64,000 nt of DNA from Eledone cirrhosa (lineage: Eukaryota). Below the pieces are notes generated by a model, which did not search any database, was not told the DNA's origin, and worked only from the letters and a program-made list of their open reading frames with translations. How positions within the stretch are numbered: position 1 is the stretch's first letter; every line of letters begins with the position of its first letter. A program made the position numbers and the translations under genes. Shown here piece by piece: positions 1 to 12,846 of this stretch. Location of the stretch: assembly GCA_964016885.1 (NCBI GenBank), contig OZ024744.1, positions 102,238,001 to 102,302,000 of the forward strand, in the 5' to 3' direction.

Positions 1-274
1 ATTGACTGTGCATCACACACATCAAAAGAACAGACAAAAGAACATTTTTCCATTTTTATGAAATGAATAAACATTTTCAATATTATGTAACATCACAGTA
101 CATTTTCCTGCATGTAAATTTGTTTTACTTTGCATGTTTTCTTTCATTTTGCTTGTTTGTAAATGACTTTAATGTTTTTTTTTCTGATTTTCTTACACAC
201 CTAGTCATACCTATCTTAATTTCACATACACCTAGATTGTTCAATCTTTAGCTTTCTCATTGGAAGGGGCGTAC

Positions 275-993
275 TATAACGGAATACTCTTACATATTAC
301 CGGCGAAGATTCGAAACTGAATCTGAGCTTTCCCGCATCTAGAACAAGCCATGGTTAGTTGTTTTCGCCTTTGTCCTGTCAACGGTGATGGATGACATTC
401 TATTTCACCTGCAACAGCAACCCCTTGGGAGATGCTAACCACAGGTCAGCTGATGGTTGTTTACGCCCGAGAGAAAAGAGGTGAGATGATATATCCATCC
501 TTCTAACTTCAACCGTTATAAATACAAGGGTTGTTTACGCCCGGGAGAAAAACAGACTACAGACAAGAAAGGAGGTTTCACTGACGCTGTTAAATCTCCC
601 TTCATGAAAAACCAGCCTGTCCACTAATCTCACATGCCATTCCCGCCTGGCTGATTGATTACTACTACTGCTAAGACAAGAAAGTATACTAATACGCATA
701 CTCACACACATAGTAAGTTCACACTGTTTGCATTTTTACACGCACCATTTCTGTTTGTCATATTGTATCTTTCAGATACAATACAAATTATATTATATAG
801 TATTCTGTGATACTTGTATTTATGTGACTCAAAGAGCCACCAACTCATTGTATGAATATTTCATGTTATAGATTTTATCATTCAATGTTCAAAATGAATA
901 TTGTTATAATAAAATAAACATTGTAACAACACAATCCTGGTATCATTCTTTGTATTGAAACCACCATACCAACAATTCCATCTATTCGTTACA
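275..993 (+). mobile_element. Probable solo LTR
   Basis: Ends TATAACGGAATA...TATTCGTTACA, a decayed TG..CA short terminal inverted repeat. Internal TATAAATA and AATAAA near the 3' end. A related 5' fragment starting TGTAATGGAATC lies at 53209. No clear TSD. Confidence 0.55.
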
Positions 994-3900
994 CATCTCT
1001 AGATCTAATTAGAACATACATCTCTAGACCTAATTAGAACATACATCTCTAGATCTAATTAGAGTATACTACATCTCTAGACCTAATTAGAACATACTAC
1101 ATCTCTAGAGCTAATTAGAACATACTACATCTCTGGACCTAATTAGAACATACTACATCTCTAGAGCTAATTAGAACATACTACATCTCTAGACCTAATT
1201 AGAACATACTACATCTCTAGACCTAATTAGACTATACTACATCTCTAGACCTAATTAGAACATATCTCTAGACCTAATTAGAACATACTACATCTCTAGA
1301 GCTAATTAGAACATACTACATCTCTGGACCTAATTAGAACATACTACATCTCTAGAGCTAATTAGAACATACTACATCTCTAGACCTAATTAGAACATAC
1401 TACATCTCTGGACCTAATTAGAACATACTACATCTCTGGACCTAATTAGAACATACTACATCTCTGGACCTAATTAGAACATACTACATCTCTGGACCTA
1501 ATTAGAACATACTACATCTCTAGAGCTAATTAGAACATACTACATCTCTAGAGCTAATTAGAACATACTACATCTCTGGACCTAATTAGAACATACTACA
1601 TCTCTAGACCTAATTAGAACATACTACATCTCTAGACCTAATTAGAACATACTACATCTCTAGACCTAATTAGAGTATACTACATCTCTAGACCTAATTA
1701 GAACATACTACATCTCTAGACCTAATTAGAACATACTACATCTCTAGACCTAATTAGAGTATACTACATCTCTAGACTTAATTAGAGTATACTACATCTC
1801 TAGACCTAATTAGAACATACTGCATCTCTAGACCTAATTAGAACATACTACATCTCTAGACCTAATTAGAACATACTACATCTCTAGACCTAATTAGAGT
1901 ATACTACATCTCTAGACCTAATTAGAACATACTACATCTCTAGACCTAATTAGAACATACTACATCTCTAGACCTAATTAGAACATACTACATCTCTAGA
2001 CCTAATTAGAACATACTACATCTCTAGACCTAATTAGAGTATACTACATCTCTAGACCTAATTAGAACATACTACATCTCTAGACCTAATTAGAACATAC
2101 TACATCTCTAGACCTAATTAGAGTATACTACATCTCTAGACCTAATTAGAACATACTACATCTCTAGACCTAATTAGAACATACTACATCTCTAGACCTA
2201 ATTAGAGTATACTACATCTCTAGACCTAATTAGAACATACTACATCTCTAGACCTAATTAGAACATACTACATCTCTGGACCTAATTAGAACATATCTCT
2301 AGACCTAATTAGAACATACTACATCTCTAGACCTAATTAGAACATACACCTCTAGACCTAATTAGAACATACTACATCTCTAGACCTAATTAGAACATAC
2401 TACATCTCTAGACTTAATTAGAACATATATCTCTAGACCTAATTAGAACATACATCTCTAGACCTAATTAGAACATACTACATCTCTAGACCTAATTAGA
2501 ACATATCTCTAGACCTAATTAGAACATACTACATCTCTAGACCTAATTAGAACATACACCTCTAGACCTAATTAGAACATACTACATCTCTAGACCTAAT
2601 TAGAACATACTACATCTCTAGACCTAATTAGAACATATATCTCTAGACCTAATTAGAACATACATCTCTAGACCTAATTAGAACATACTACATCTCTAGA
2701 CCTAATTAGAACATACACCTCTAGACCTAATTAGAACATACTACATCTCTAGACCTAATTAGAACATACTACATCTCTGGACCTAATTAGAACATACATC
2801 ACTAGACCTAATTAGAACATACTATATCTCTAGACCTAATTAGAACATACATCTCTAGACCTAATTAGAACATACATCTCTAGACCTAATTAGAACATAT
2901 ATCTCTAGACCTAATTAGAACATACTACATCTCTAGACCTAATTAGAACATACTACATCTCTAGACCTAATTAGAACATACTACATCTCTAGACCTAATT
3001 AGAACATACTACATCTCTAGACCTAATTAGAACATACTACATCTCTAGACCTAATTAGAACATACTACATCTCTAGACCTAATTAGAACATACTACATCT
3101 CTAGACCTAATTAGAACATACTACATCTCTAGACCTAATTAGAACATACTACATCTCTAGACCTAATTAGAACATACTACATCTCTAGACCTAATTAGAA
3201 CATACTACATCTCTAGACCTAATTAGAACATACTACATCTCTAGACCTAATTAGAACATACTACATCTCTAGACCTAATTAGAACATACTACATCTCTAG
3301 AACTAATTAGAACATACTACATCTCTAGACCTAATTAGAACATACTACATCTCTAGACCTAATTAGAACATACTACATCTCTAGACCTAATTAGAACATA
3401 CTACATCTCTAGACCTAATTAGAACATACTACATCTCTAGACCTAATTAGAACATACTACATCTCTAGACCTAATTAGAACATACTACATCTCTAGAACT
3501 AATTAGAACATATCTCTAGACTTAATTAGAACATATCTCTAGACCTAATTAGAACATACACCTTTAGACCTAATTAGAACATACTACATCTCTAGAACTA
3601 ATTAGAATATATCTCTAGACCTAATTAGAACATACACCTTTAGACCTAATTAGAACATACATCTCTAGAACTAATTAGAACATACATCTCTAGACCTAAT
3701 TAGAACATACTACATATCCACACCTATTTAAAACATATCTCTAGATCTAATTAGAACATATCTTTAGACCTAATTAGAACATACGTCTCTAGACCTACAT
3801 ATCTAGACCTAATTAAAACATATCTCTAGACCTAATTAGAACATATCTCTAGACCTAATTAGAACATATCTCTAGACCTAATTAGAACATATCTTTAGAC

Positions 3901-4077
3901 CTAATTAGAACATATCTCTAGAACTAATTAGAACATACTACATCTCTAGACCTAATTAGAACATACTACATCTCTGGACCTAATTAGAACATAGTACATC
4001 TCTAGACCTAATTAGAGTATACTACATCTCTAGACCTAATTAGAACATACTACATCTCTGGACCTAATTAGAACATA
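994..4077. repeat. 28-bp minisatellite (CTCTAGACCTAATTAGAACATACTACAT)n with 23- and 25-bp variants
   Basis: Directly visible tandem array of roughly 110 units. Confidence 0.97.
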
Positions 4078-4370
4078 AGTCAATGTAGTCAATAGGACGA
4101 TATTAAGTGTTGGCTTCTCATCTTCTGAAAGAATCCCTGTCATACTTAATGGGGAGATTCTGTAAAAAGTTGATCAATTCAAGTATCTTGGCACCAAAAT
4201 ATCAGCAATGCTCTGGGGTCAATTTAATTGACCTTCCCCTTCCCCTCAAACTGTTGGCGTTGTGCCTATATTAATAACCATTATTTGAAATATAAATAAA
4301 TCAACTTTTAAAAGGAAACAATATTGAAGCCATTTCCCTATATACATGCCCTCACTAATTCATTACATAC

Positions 4371-4430
4371 CTGGTTTTATTAAGCCACAGCATTCTTTAC
4401 AATGTGGGATCTCATCGTTGAAAATTTTCT
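4371..4430 (-). CDS. SIRT2: Sirtuin-2-like exon 9 ((E)KIFNDEIPHCKECCGLIKP), second Zn-binding CxxC
   Basis: ttttctacag acceptor, gtatg donor, 60 bp, phase 1/1; resembles SIRT2 EKIFSEVTPKCEDCQSLVKP. Confidence 0.9.
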
Positions 4431-4776
4431 CTGTAGAAAAGATAATTTAAAGATAAAATTTATAGAAGTTTGATTGAAATTAGATTAAAGTTACTGAAAT
4501 ATCTATTTTTAAGATACTAAAACTTGGAATATCTTTATATTACCTCAATGATCCAAATAATTTGCATATTTATTGAGAAAATTCTATGTGAAATAGTTCC
4601 ATTTAGAAATCATGACTTTGCTTAATTATCTCATTAACACTTCTTTTGTGAACAGTAACAAATGTCAATTTATTATCTTCAATCAAAACTGTAAACTTGA
4701 TAGCTACGCTCAAACAAGACATGGTTAAGCTCAAATGCAGAGCTAAGAGACAACCTTACTGTATTTGATACATTTA

Positions 4777-4996
4777 CCGTATATACTTGAATATAAGCTG
4801 ATCTGAATATAAGCACCCCCAACATCACCCTTCTATTTTATGTCTGGGAAATGGGTAAAAACCCAAACCCCATTTATAAGCCAAGGTAGCTAATCAACAC
4901 ATTATGTTTAGATGGTGTATATAAGCCAACTTTACCATTTTACAATAAATTTTTTGGGGGTCACATATTCCTCAGCGTACATTCGAGTGTGTAAGG
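4777..4996. mobile_element. Tc1/mariner(pogo)-type MITE
   Basis: TA-CCGTATATACTTGAATATAAGC left end, decayed complementary right end; related copies at about 12847-13043 and 21771-21971. Confidence 0.6.
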
Positions 4997-5023
4997 AAGC
5001 TATATATAAATTTGAGTGACTTC

Positions 5024-8000
5024 CGTCACACACTAGAGATGACTGAGGAAAGAAGGGGTGATGACGTCACACACTAGAGATGACTGAGGAAGGAAGGGGT
5101 GATGACGTCACACACTAGAGATGGCTGAGGAAGGAAGGGGTGATGACATCACACGCTAGAGATGACTAAGGAAGGAAGGGGTGATGACGTCACACACTAG
5201 AGATGACTGAAGAAGGAAGGGGTGATGACGTCACATACTAGAGATGACTGAGGAAGGAAGGGGTGATGACGTCACACACTAGAGATGACTGAGGAAGGAA
5301 GGGGTGATGACATCACACGCTAGAGATGACTAAGGAAGGAAGGGGTGATGACGTCACACACTAGAGATGACTGAGGAAGGAAGGGGTGATGACATCACAC
5401 ACTAGAGATGACTGAGACTGAGAAAAGAAGGGGTGATGACGTCACACACTAGAGATGACTGAGGAAGGAAGGGGTGATGACGTCACACACTAGAGATGAC
5501 TGAGGAAGGAAGGGGTGATGACATCACACGCTAGAGATGACTAAGGAAGGAAGGGGTGATGACGTCACACTAGAGAGGACTGAGGAAGGAAGGGGTGATG
5601 ACGTCACACACTAGAGATGACTGAGGAAGGAAGGGGTGATGACGTCACACACTAGAGATGACTGAGGAAAGAAGGGGTGATGACGTCACACACTAGAGAT
5701 GACTGAGGAAGGAAGAGGTGATGACATCACACGCTAGAGATGACTGAGGAAGGAAGGGGTGATGACGTCACACTAGAGAGGACTGAGGAAGGAAGGGGTG
5801 ATGACGTCACACACTAGAGATGACTGAGGAAGGAAGGGGTGATGACGTCACACACTAGAGATGACTGAGGAAAGAAGGGGTGATAACGTCACACACTAGA
5901 GATGACTGAGGAAGGAAGAGGTGATGACATCACACGCTAGAGATGACTGAGGAAGGAAGGGGTGATGACGTCACACTAGAGAGGACTGAGGAAGGAAGGG
6001 GTGATGACGTCACACTAGAGAGGACTGAGGAAGGAAGGGGTGATGACGTCACACACTAGAGATGACTGAGGAAGGAAGGGGTGATGACGTCACACACTAG
6101 AGATGACTGCGGAAAGGGGTGATGACGTCACACACTAGAGATGGCTGAGGAAGGAAGGGGTGATGACATCACACGCTAGAGATGACTAAGGAAGGAAGGG
6201 GTGATGACGTCACACACTAGAGATGACTGAAGAAGGAAGGGGTGATGACGTCACACACTAGAGATGACTGAGGAAGGAAGGGGTGATGACGTCACACACT
6301 AGAGATGACTGAGGAAGGAAGGGGTGATGACATCACACGCTAGAGATGACTAAGGAAGGAAGGGGTGATGACGTCACACACTAGAGATGACTGAGGAAGG
6401 AAGGGGTGATGACATCACACACTAGAGATGACTGAGACTGAGAAAAGAAGGGGTGATGACGTCACACACTAGAGATGACTAAGGAAGGAAGGGGTGATGA
6501 CGTCACACTAGAGAGGACTGAGGAAGGAAGGGGTGATGACGTCACACACTAGAGATGACTGAGGAAGGAAGGGGTGATGACGTCACACACTAGAGATGAC
6601 TGAGGAAAGAAGGGGTGATGACGTCACACACTAGAGATGACTGAGGAAGGAAGAGGTGATGACATCACACGCTAGAGATGACTGAGGAAGGAAGAGGTGA
6701 TGACATCACACGCTAGAGATGACTGAGGAAGGAAGGGGTGATGACGTCACACTAGAGAGGACTGAGGAAGGAAGGGGTGATGACGTCACACACTAGAGAT
6801 GACTGAGGAAGGAAGGGGTGATGACGTCACACACTAGAGATGACTGAGGAAAGAAGGGGTGATAACGTCACACACTAGAGATGACTGAGGAAGGAAGAGG
6901 TGATGACATCACACGCTAGAGATGACTGAGGAAGGAAGGGGTGATGACGTCACACTAGAGAGGACTGAGGAAGGAAGGGGTGATGACGTCACACACTAGA
7001 GATGACTGAGGAAGGAAGGGGTGATGACGTCACACACTAGAGATGACTGAGGAAAGAAGGGGTGATGACGTCACACACTAGAGATGACTGAGGAAGGAAG
7101 AGGTGATGACATCACACGCTAGAGATGACTGAGGAAGGAAGGGGTGATGACGTCACACACTAGAGATGACTGAGGAAGGAAGGGGTGATGACATCACATA
7201 CTAGAGATGACTGGGGAAGGAAGGGGTGCTGACGTCACATACTAGAGATGACTGAGGGAGGAAGGGGTGATGACGTCACACACTAGAGATGACTGAGGAA
7301 GGAAGGGATGATGACGGCACATACTGGAGATGACTGGGGAAGGAAGGGGTGATGACATCACATACTAGAGATGACTGAGGAAGGAAGGGGTGATGACATC
7401 ACATAGTAGAGATGACTGAGGAAGGAAGGGGTGATGACGTCACATACTGGAGATGACTGAGGAAGGAAGAGGTGATGACGTCACACACTAGAGATGACTA
7501 AGGAAGGAAGGGGTGATGACGTCACACACTAGAGATGACTGAGGAAGGAAGGGGTGATGACGTCACACACTAGAGATGACTGAGGAAGGAAGGGGTGATG
7601 ACGTCACACACTAGAGATGACTGAGGAAAGAAGGGGTGATGACGTCACACACTAGAGATGACTGAGGAAGGAAGAGGTGATGACATCACACGCTAGAGAT
7701 GACTGAGGAAGGAAGGGGTGATGACGTCACACACTAGAGATGACTGAGGAAGGAAGGGGTGATGACATCACATACTAGAGATGACTGGGGAAGGAAGGGG
7801 TGCTGACGTCACACACTAGAGATGACTGAGGAAAGGGGTGATGACATCACATACTAGAGATGACTGAGGAAGGAAGGGGTAATGACGTCACACTAGAGAG
7901 GACTGAGGAAGGAAGGGGTGCTGACGTCACATACTAGAGATGACTGAGGAAGGAAGGGGTGATGGTGTCACACACTAGAGATGACTGAGGAAGGAAGGGG

Positions 8001-8333
8001 TGATGACGGCACATACTGGAGATGACTGGGGAAGGAAGGGGTGATGACATCACATACTAGAGATGACTGAGGAAGGAAGGGGTGATGACATCACATAGTA
8101 GAGATGACTGAGGAAGGAAGGGGTGATGACGTCACATACTGGAGATGACTGGGGAAGGAAGGGGTGATGACATCACATACTAGAGATGACTGAGGAAAGG
8201 GGTGATGACATCACACACTAGAGATGACTGAGGAAGGAAGGGGTGATGACGGCACATACTAGAGATGACTGGGGAAGGAAGGGGTGATGACATCACATAC
8301 TAGAGATGACTGAGGAAGGAAGGGGTGATGACA
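5024..8333. repeat. 41-bp minisatellite (GTCACACACTAGAGATGACTGAGGAAGGAAGGGGTGATGAC)n
   Basis: About 80 tandem units. Higher-order block duplication: the same GACTGAGACTGAGAAAAG variant occurs at about 5410 and 6430. Confidence 0.97.
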
Positions 8334-8371
8334 AACTACAGAAAACAGTGTCTAACATTCACTACACTTGC

Positions 8372-8722
8372 GTATGAGTGTATGTGTATGTTTGTGAGGA
8401 AGTATGTGTGTTTGTGAGGATGTATGTGTGTATTTGTGAGAACGTATGTGTGTATTTGTGAGGATGTATGTGTGTATTTGTGAGCATATATGTGTGTATT
8501 TGTGAGCATATATGTGTGTATTTGTGAGCATATATGTGTGTATTTGTGAGAACGTATGTGTGTATTTGTGAGAACGTATGTGTGTATTTGTGAGAATGTA
8601 TGTGTGTATTTGTGAGAATGTATGTGTGTATTTGTGAGAATGTATGTGTGTATTTGTGAGAATGTATGTCTGAGTGTATTTCTGAGAATGTATGTCTGAG
8701 TGTATTTTTGTAAGTGTGTCTG
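8372..8722. repeat. 22-bp minisatellite (GTATGTGTGTATTTGTGAGAAT)n
   Basis: Visible tandem array. Confidence 0.9.
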
Positions 8723-8875
8723 TGTTTGTACATATATATTTATACACTCATATACATGCCAGCGTATTGAAAAAATATTCTATGTTTTTAAATTTCAGTA
8801 AAATATACTTATGTCAACTATCAGATAAGGACTAGAATTGAGAATTATTTGTATAATATCCATTCTAAGCCTTAC

Positions 8876-8999
8876 CTTTAATCCATTCTAAGTCATATTC
8901 ATGCTTGCAATTTACGCAATGACTTGTCTGGAATGTTCCATGCCCTTCAACAATTTTTTCCATATCAATCCCAGCCATTCTCTCTAATCCATCAACATT
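8876..8999 (-). CDS. SIRT2: Sirtuin-2-like exon 8 (NVDGLERMAGIDMEKIVEGHGTFQTSHCVNCKHEYDLEWIK)
   Basis: attctag acceptor, gtaag donor, 124 bp, phase 0/1; NxDxLE motif, catalytic HG, first CxxC. Confidence 0.93.
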
Positions 9000-9262
9000 C
9001 TAGAATTGAATAGAAACATCATCATCATCACCACCATTACCATCACCAGTTTGTAAGATTGTTTATATACTTGGTAAAGACCCCCCCACTTCAGTCATGA
9101 ATAACCATGGGATTTGCATCGAGGCACAAGTCCGGGCATGGCAAGGTTGTTTTATGGAAGACCAGCAGTCGCCCATGCATACCAGTCTCTCCTCTCCACA
9201 CCACCAATGTTGTCCAAGGAAAAGGCAAAGGCCAATACAACTTGGCACCAGTGATGTCCTAA

Positions 9263-9401
9263 CTCATTTCTACAGCTGAGTGAGCTGGAGCAATGTGAAA
9301 TAAAGTGTCTTAATGACACAATGCATCACCAAGTCCGAGAATCGAACTCACAACTTCAGAATTACAAGCCCAATGCTCTAACCACTAAGCCATATGCCTT
9401 C
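9263..9401 (-). mobile_element. tRNA-derived SINE family 1, diverged head and central domain
   Basis: Reverse complement of the SINE head seen at 28222, 41717 and 61181. Confidence 0.75.
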
Positions 9402-9404
9402 ATG

Positions 9405-9442
<38 letters not shown>

Positions 9443-9602
9443 TATATACACACACATATATATGAGCATCATCATCATCATTATAGGTCCATTTTTCCAC
9501 GGTGGCATGAGTTAGACGAGTTGTCTTGTTGTGGGCAATGTTAGGTCAGGTGACCATATTTTGCTCATACAGAACTGAAAAGCGGACATAAAATGATGAT
9601 GA

Positions 9603-9664
<62 letters not shown>

Positions 9665-9910
9665 AAAATTAAGATAAATCAAATGAATTTAATCTAAATC
9701 AAAATTATGGGTGTCATGCCAGAAAGACATGCGGCATATCACCCGTAAAATAAGCTCTAAGATTCTAACGAGTAGATCCGAGCATTTTATAATAACTAGA
9801 GATTGATTAACATATAAATAAACATGAATAATCACAGTAGATAATTTTTACAAGTGTATAACCACACATAGATATAGATATATAAATATGGATACAGATA
9901 TATTGGATAT

Positions 9911-9937
<27 letters not shown>

Positions 9938-9944
<7 letters not shown>

Positions 9945-10302
9945 AAAAAAAGATGAAATCGAAAATGCAACTGGAGTCTTATTTTTTTTTTAAATATATA
10001 TATTTATTTGGTTACTTTACCGGTTTCGCAGTTCTTCTGCTTTTCAAAAGTAGAGTTGAGATGGAGGGTCTGTGGTTTTTCTCACATCTGATGTGAGAAA
10101 AACCACAGACCCTCCATCTCAATTCTACTTTTGAAAAGCAGAAGAACTGCGAAACCGGTAAAGTAACCAAATAAATATATATATTTTTTTTTTAAATAAG
10201 ACTCCAGTTGCATTTTCGATTTCATCTTTTTTTCTTTATACTTTCACTCGTGTAGGACACCTCGGTTATTTTTCATTTTGTAAAAAAAAACTCACTTTCT
10301 AA
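9938..10302. mobile_element. Fold-back Penelope-like mini-element (about 150-bp arms, centre 10089) in (TA)n
   Basis: Near-perfect palindrome 9938-10088/10090-10240 plus a unique right tail; hammerhead motif in each arm. Confidence 0.75.
10126..10165 (+). ncRNA. Minimal type-I hammerhead ribozyme, U3-A8 core variant (mirror copy at 10013-10052, minus)
   Basis: TACTT-TTGAAAA-GCAG(AAGAA)CTGC-GAAA-CCGG-TA-AAGTA: 5-bp stem I, 4-bp stem II, palindromic stem III, GUA cleavage triplet. Confidence 0.72.
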
Positions 10303-10778
10303 TATATAGATATATATATAGATATAGATATATATATAAATTGGATATAGATATATAAATACGGCTCCTTAATTGTAGAGTTAACTCTGTTGAAAGGACT
10401 CGACTGCTGTTTCTAGTTGTCGATAACCCTATTCACGCCACTGGAACGAAGCTAGTATGATGTGTGTATTTCTAGTAAATACTACACATGTTGGCCAGTC
10501 ACTGATTTGAACTTGAAGTGTAAACACGGATTGCTGGAAACTTCTTCCTTGTTGATAATTCAAGTCTCCACTTCTGTGGTTTACCATCCGATTAATTGGT
10601 GAAATATATTTCTTTAATGGAATATATACAGGGAAGATTAATCATATTATAAGGTATCTATTTTTGAAGTTCTGGTCAACTTTATTTAGTTACCTACCTA
10701 GCTATGTGTGGTTACACACTTGTAAAAATTATCTCCTGTGATTATTCATGTTTATTTATATGTTAATCAATCTCTAGT

Positions 10779-10814
<36 letters not shown>

Positions 10815-11420
10815 TATACCAGGATTACTGGGTACATATATATATATATATATATACCCAGTAATCCTGGTATATATGAGATACCAATCCTTGAATCTAA
10901 TAAGTAGATATATTCAACTGTCATTATTGGAGGCATAGATGCATTAGTTGTTTAATAATTACAATAAACAACAAATTATGTATATTTATAATTGCTGTCA
11001 TAAAACATAATACTGTAAAAGTGTCAAAGTACATAGGTGTATTTTGTTTCTTATGCTGTTGCTTTTTAGATCCAGTCAACCTCGAACAAGACATTCCAGC
11101 CATGGCCATCTTATCTTTTTTTTCTATGTATGGTATACTCACGACTGTGTTATTTTATCCAATAATGATAGAATGTAATTTGAGGGAAATTTGGCTGATA
11201 TTTCTAGCAAGTCAATCGACCACATTGAAATTCCATTTTTTAGAGTTTTCTACAAGTGTTCAACTCTTTCAAATGATTTTCATAAATAATTATATAGAAC
11301 CTAATTACAGGGACCCTAATAATTTAAAATGTTAATGTATATTTACTATTCAGTCCAATGTTAGCCATTACTTAAAAGAAAATTGTTGGTTATTTGGTAA
11401 CCAACACAGTCAGAACCTAC

Positions 11421-11489
11421 CTGAGTAAAATGACGAAGGAGTATTCCTTTCTCATTGAGTAATTTCAGAAAATAGTGTGCAAGGGTTGG
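11421..11489 (-). CDS. SIRT2: Sirtuin-2-like exon 7 (PTLAHYFLKLLNEKGILLRHFTQ)
   Basis: Polypyrimidine tract + cag acceptor, gtagg donor, 69 bp, phase 0/0; resembles SIRT2 PTICHYFMRLLKDKGLLLRCYTQ. Confidence 0.93.
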
Positions 11490-11600
11490 CTGAAGTAGAA
11501 AAAAAAATGGAAAAAGAAAAAGTAAATAATAAGGAAACCATTGATTGAACTTGGTCACATATACATGTATGTATGTATGTATGTGTATAAATATATATAT

Positions 11601-12021
11601 ATAATTCAAAATGTTAACAAATGAAAAATATTCTCATAATCAAAATATATACTTTATTATATATATTTCAAAGGTACTGTGTTGTTTTTTCAGTACATCC
11701 TCATCAGACAAAATATATGATTTGATATATGACACACTGCTACGTTCTTGATTATTCAATTCCAGTACTGCCAATACTGGAATTGAATAATCAAGACTGC
11801 AGCGGTATGTCATATATCAAATCATATATTTTGTCTGAAACAACACAGTACCTTTGAAATATATATAATAAAGTATATATTTTGATTATGCGAATATTTT
11901 TCATTTGTTAACATTTTAAATAATATTAAAAACTCCAGGAAAACCTTGACTGTTGAGTGCTTCTAATCTATTGTAAAATTGTATTCGTTGAGTAATCAAC
12001 GAACCATACTAATCTTTGGTT
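11601..12021. mobile_element. Fold-back element (arms about 11608-11767/11775-11917 plus tail) in (TA)n; same family as 60913-61172
   Basis: Long imperfect inverted repeat; the left arm has a CTGATGA...GAAA remnant on the minus strand. Confidence 0.65.
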
Positions 12022-12041
12022 ATATATATATATATATATAT

Positions 12042-12846
12042 TTCATTGCACGTCCCTGAACATTTTCCAGGAGATCCATATTCTGAGCAAGATAGGGGTT
12101 CCAGACTGGTGATGCAAATTCTAAGTGTGGACACACCATAGCTATATACAGTTTTAAATAGATAGCTGGAGAGTGGCTGACAGAGGTCTTACTGAGTGAT
12201 TCTATAATACCCTTGGCCTTCTTAACAATTTTATAGAAATGCTTTGTCCAATGAAAATCGTCGTTGACATAATGCCCACGTCACGTTCACAAGAAGACTT
12301 CTTGATATTAGTGTTGTGGAGGGAGTATGTGGACGCTGGGTTTTGACTCCCAAAATGCATGGTGGTACACTTGTTCACAGCCAACATGAGTTGCTAGTCC
12401 GTGATCCATTATTGCATAGCGTCCAGGTCTGATTGCAGGAAAGATCTATGGTGTTCAGGATCTGTCCTTTTTATCTCAAGGTACAGCTTGATGTCATCTG
12501 CATATTTCAGTACTGTGGCATTCTTTAAGTTGGCATCTATGTCATTAATATATACCACAAATCCCTGCTGTACACCAGATGTCATCTCATAGGGTGAAGA
12601 ATGCTGTCCTAGAACCGTGACTACCTCTTTTCGACTGACAATGAAGGACTTCAACTAGTTATAAAGATCATCTCTCACACTCATTGCAAAGAGTTTTGCC
12701 ATAAGTCTTTTGTGTGGCACAGTATTAAAAGCTTTAGCAAGGTCAAGATAAATAACATCCACCCATGAGCCACCATAGTGATTCAGGTAATGTCTTCAAG
12801 AAACTCAGAGTTGATCACAGCAGCTGGAGTTAGGGATAAATCCAAA
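12042..12846 (-). mobile_element. CR1/L2-group LINE RT fragment (decayed)
   Basis: Translates to VDVIYLDLAKAFNTVPH, SGVQQG and KYADDIKLY...LQSDLDAMQ. Confidence 0.85.

Noticed and set aside
994-8722. CRISPR-like regular arrays
   Set aside because: Head-to-tail repeats with no unique spacers, no cas genes, eukaryotic intron context
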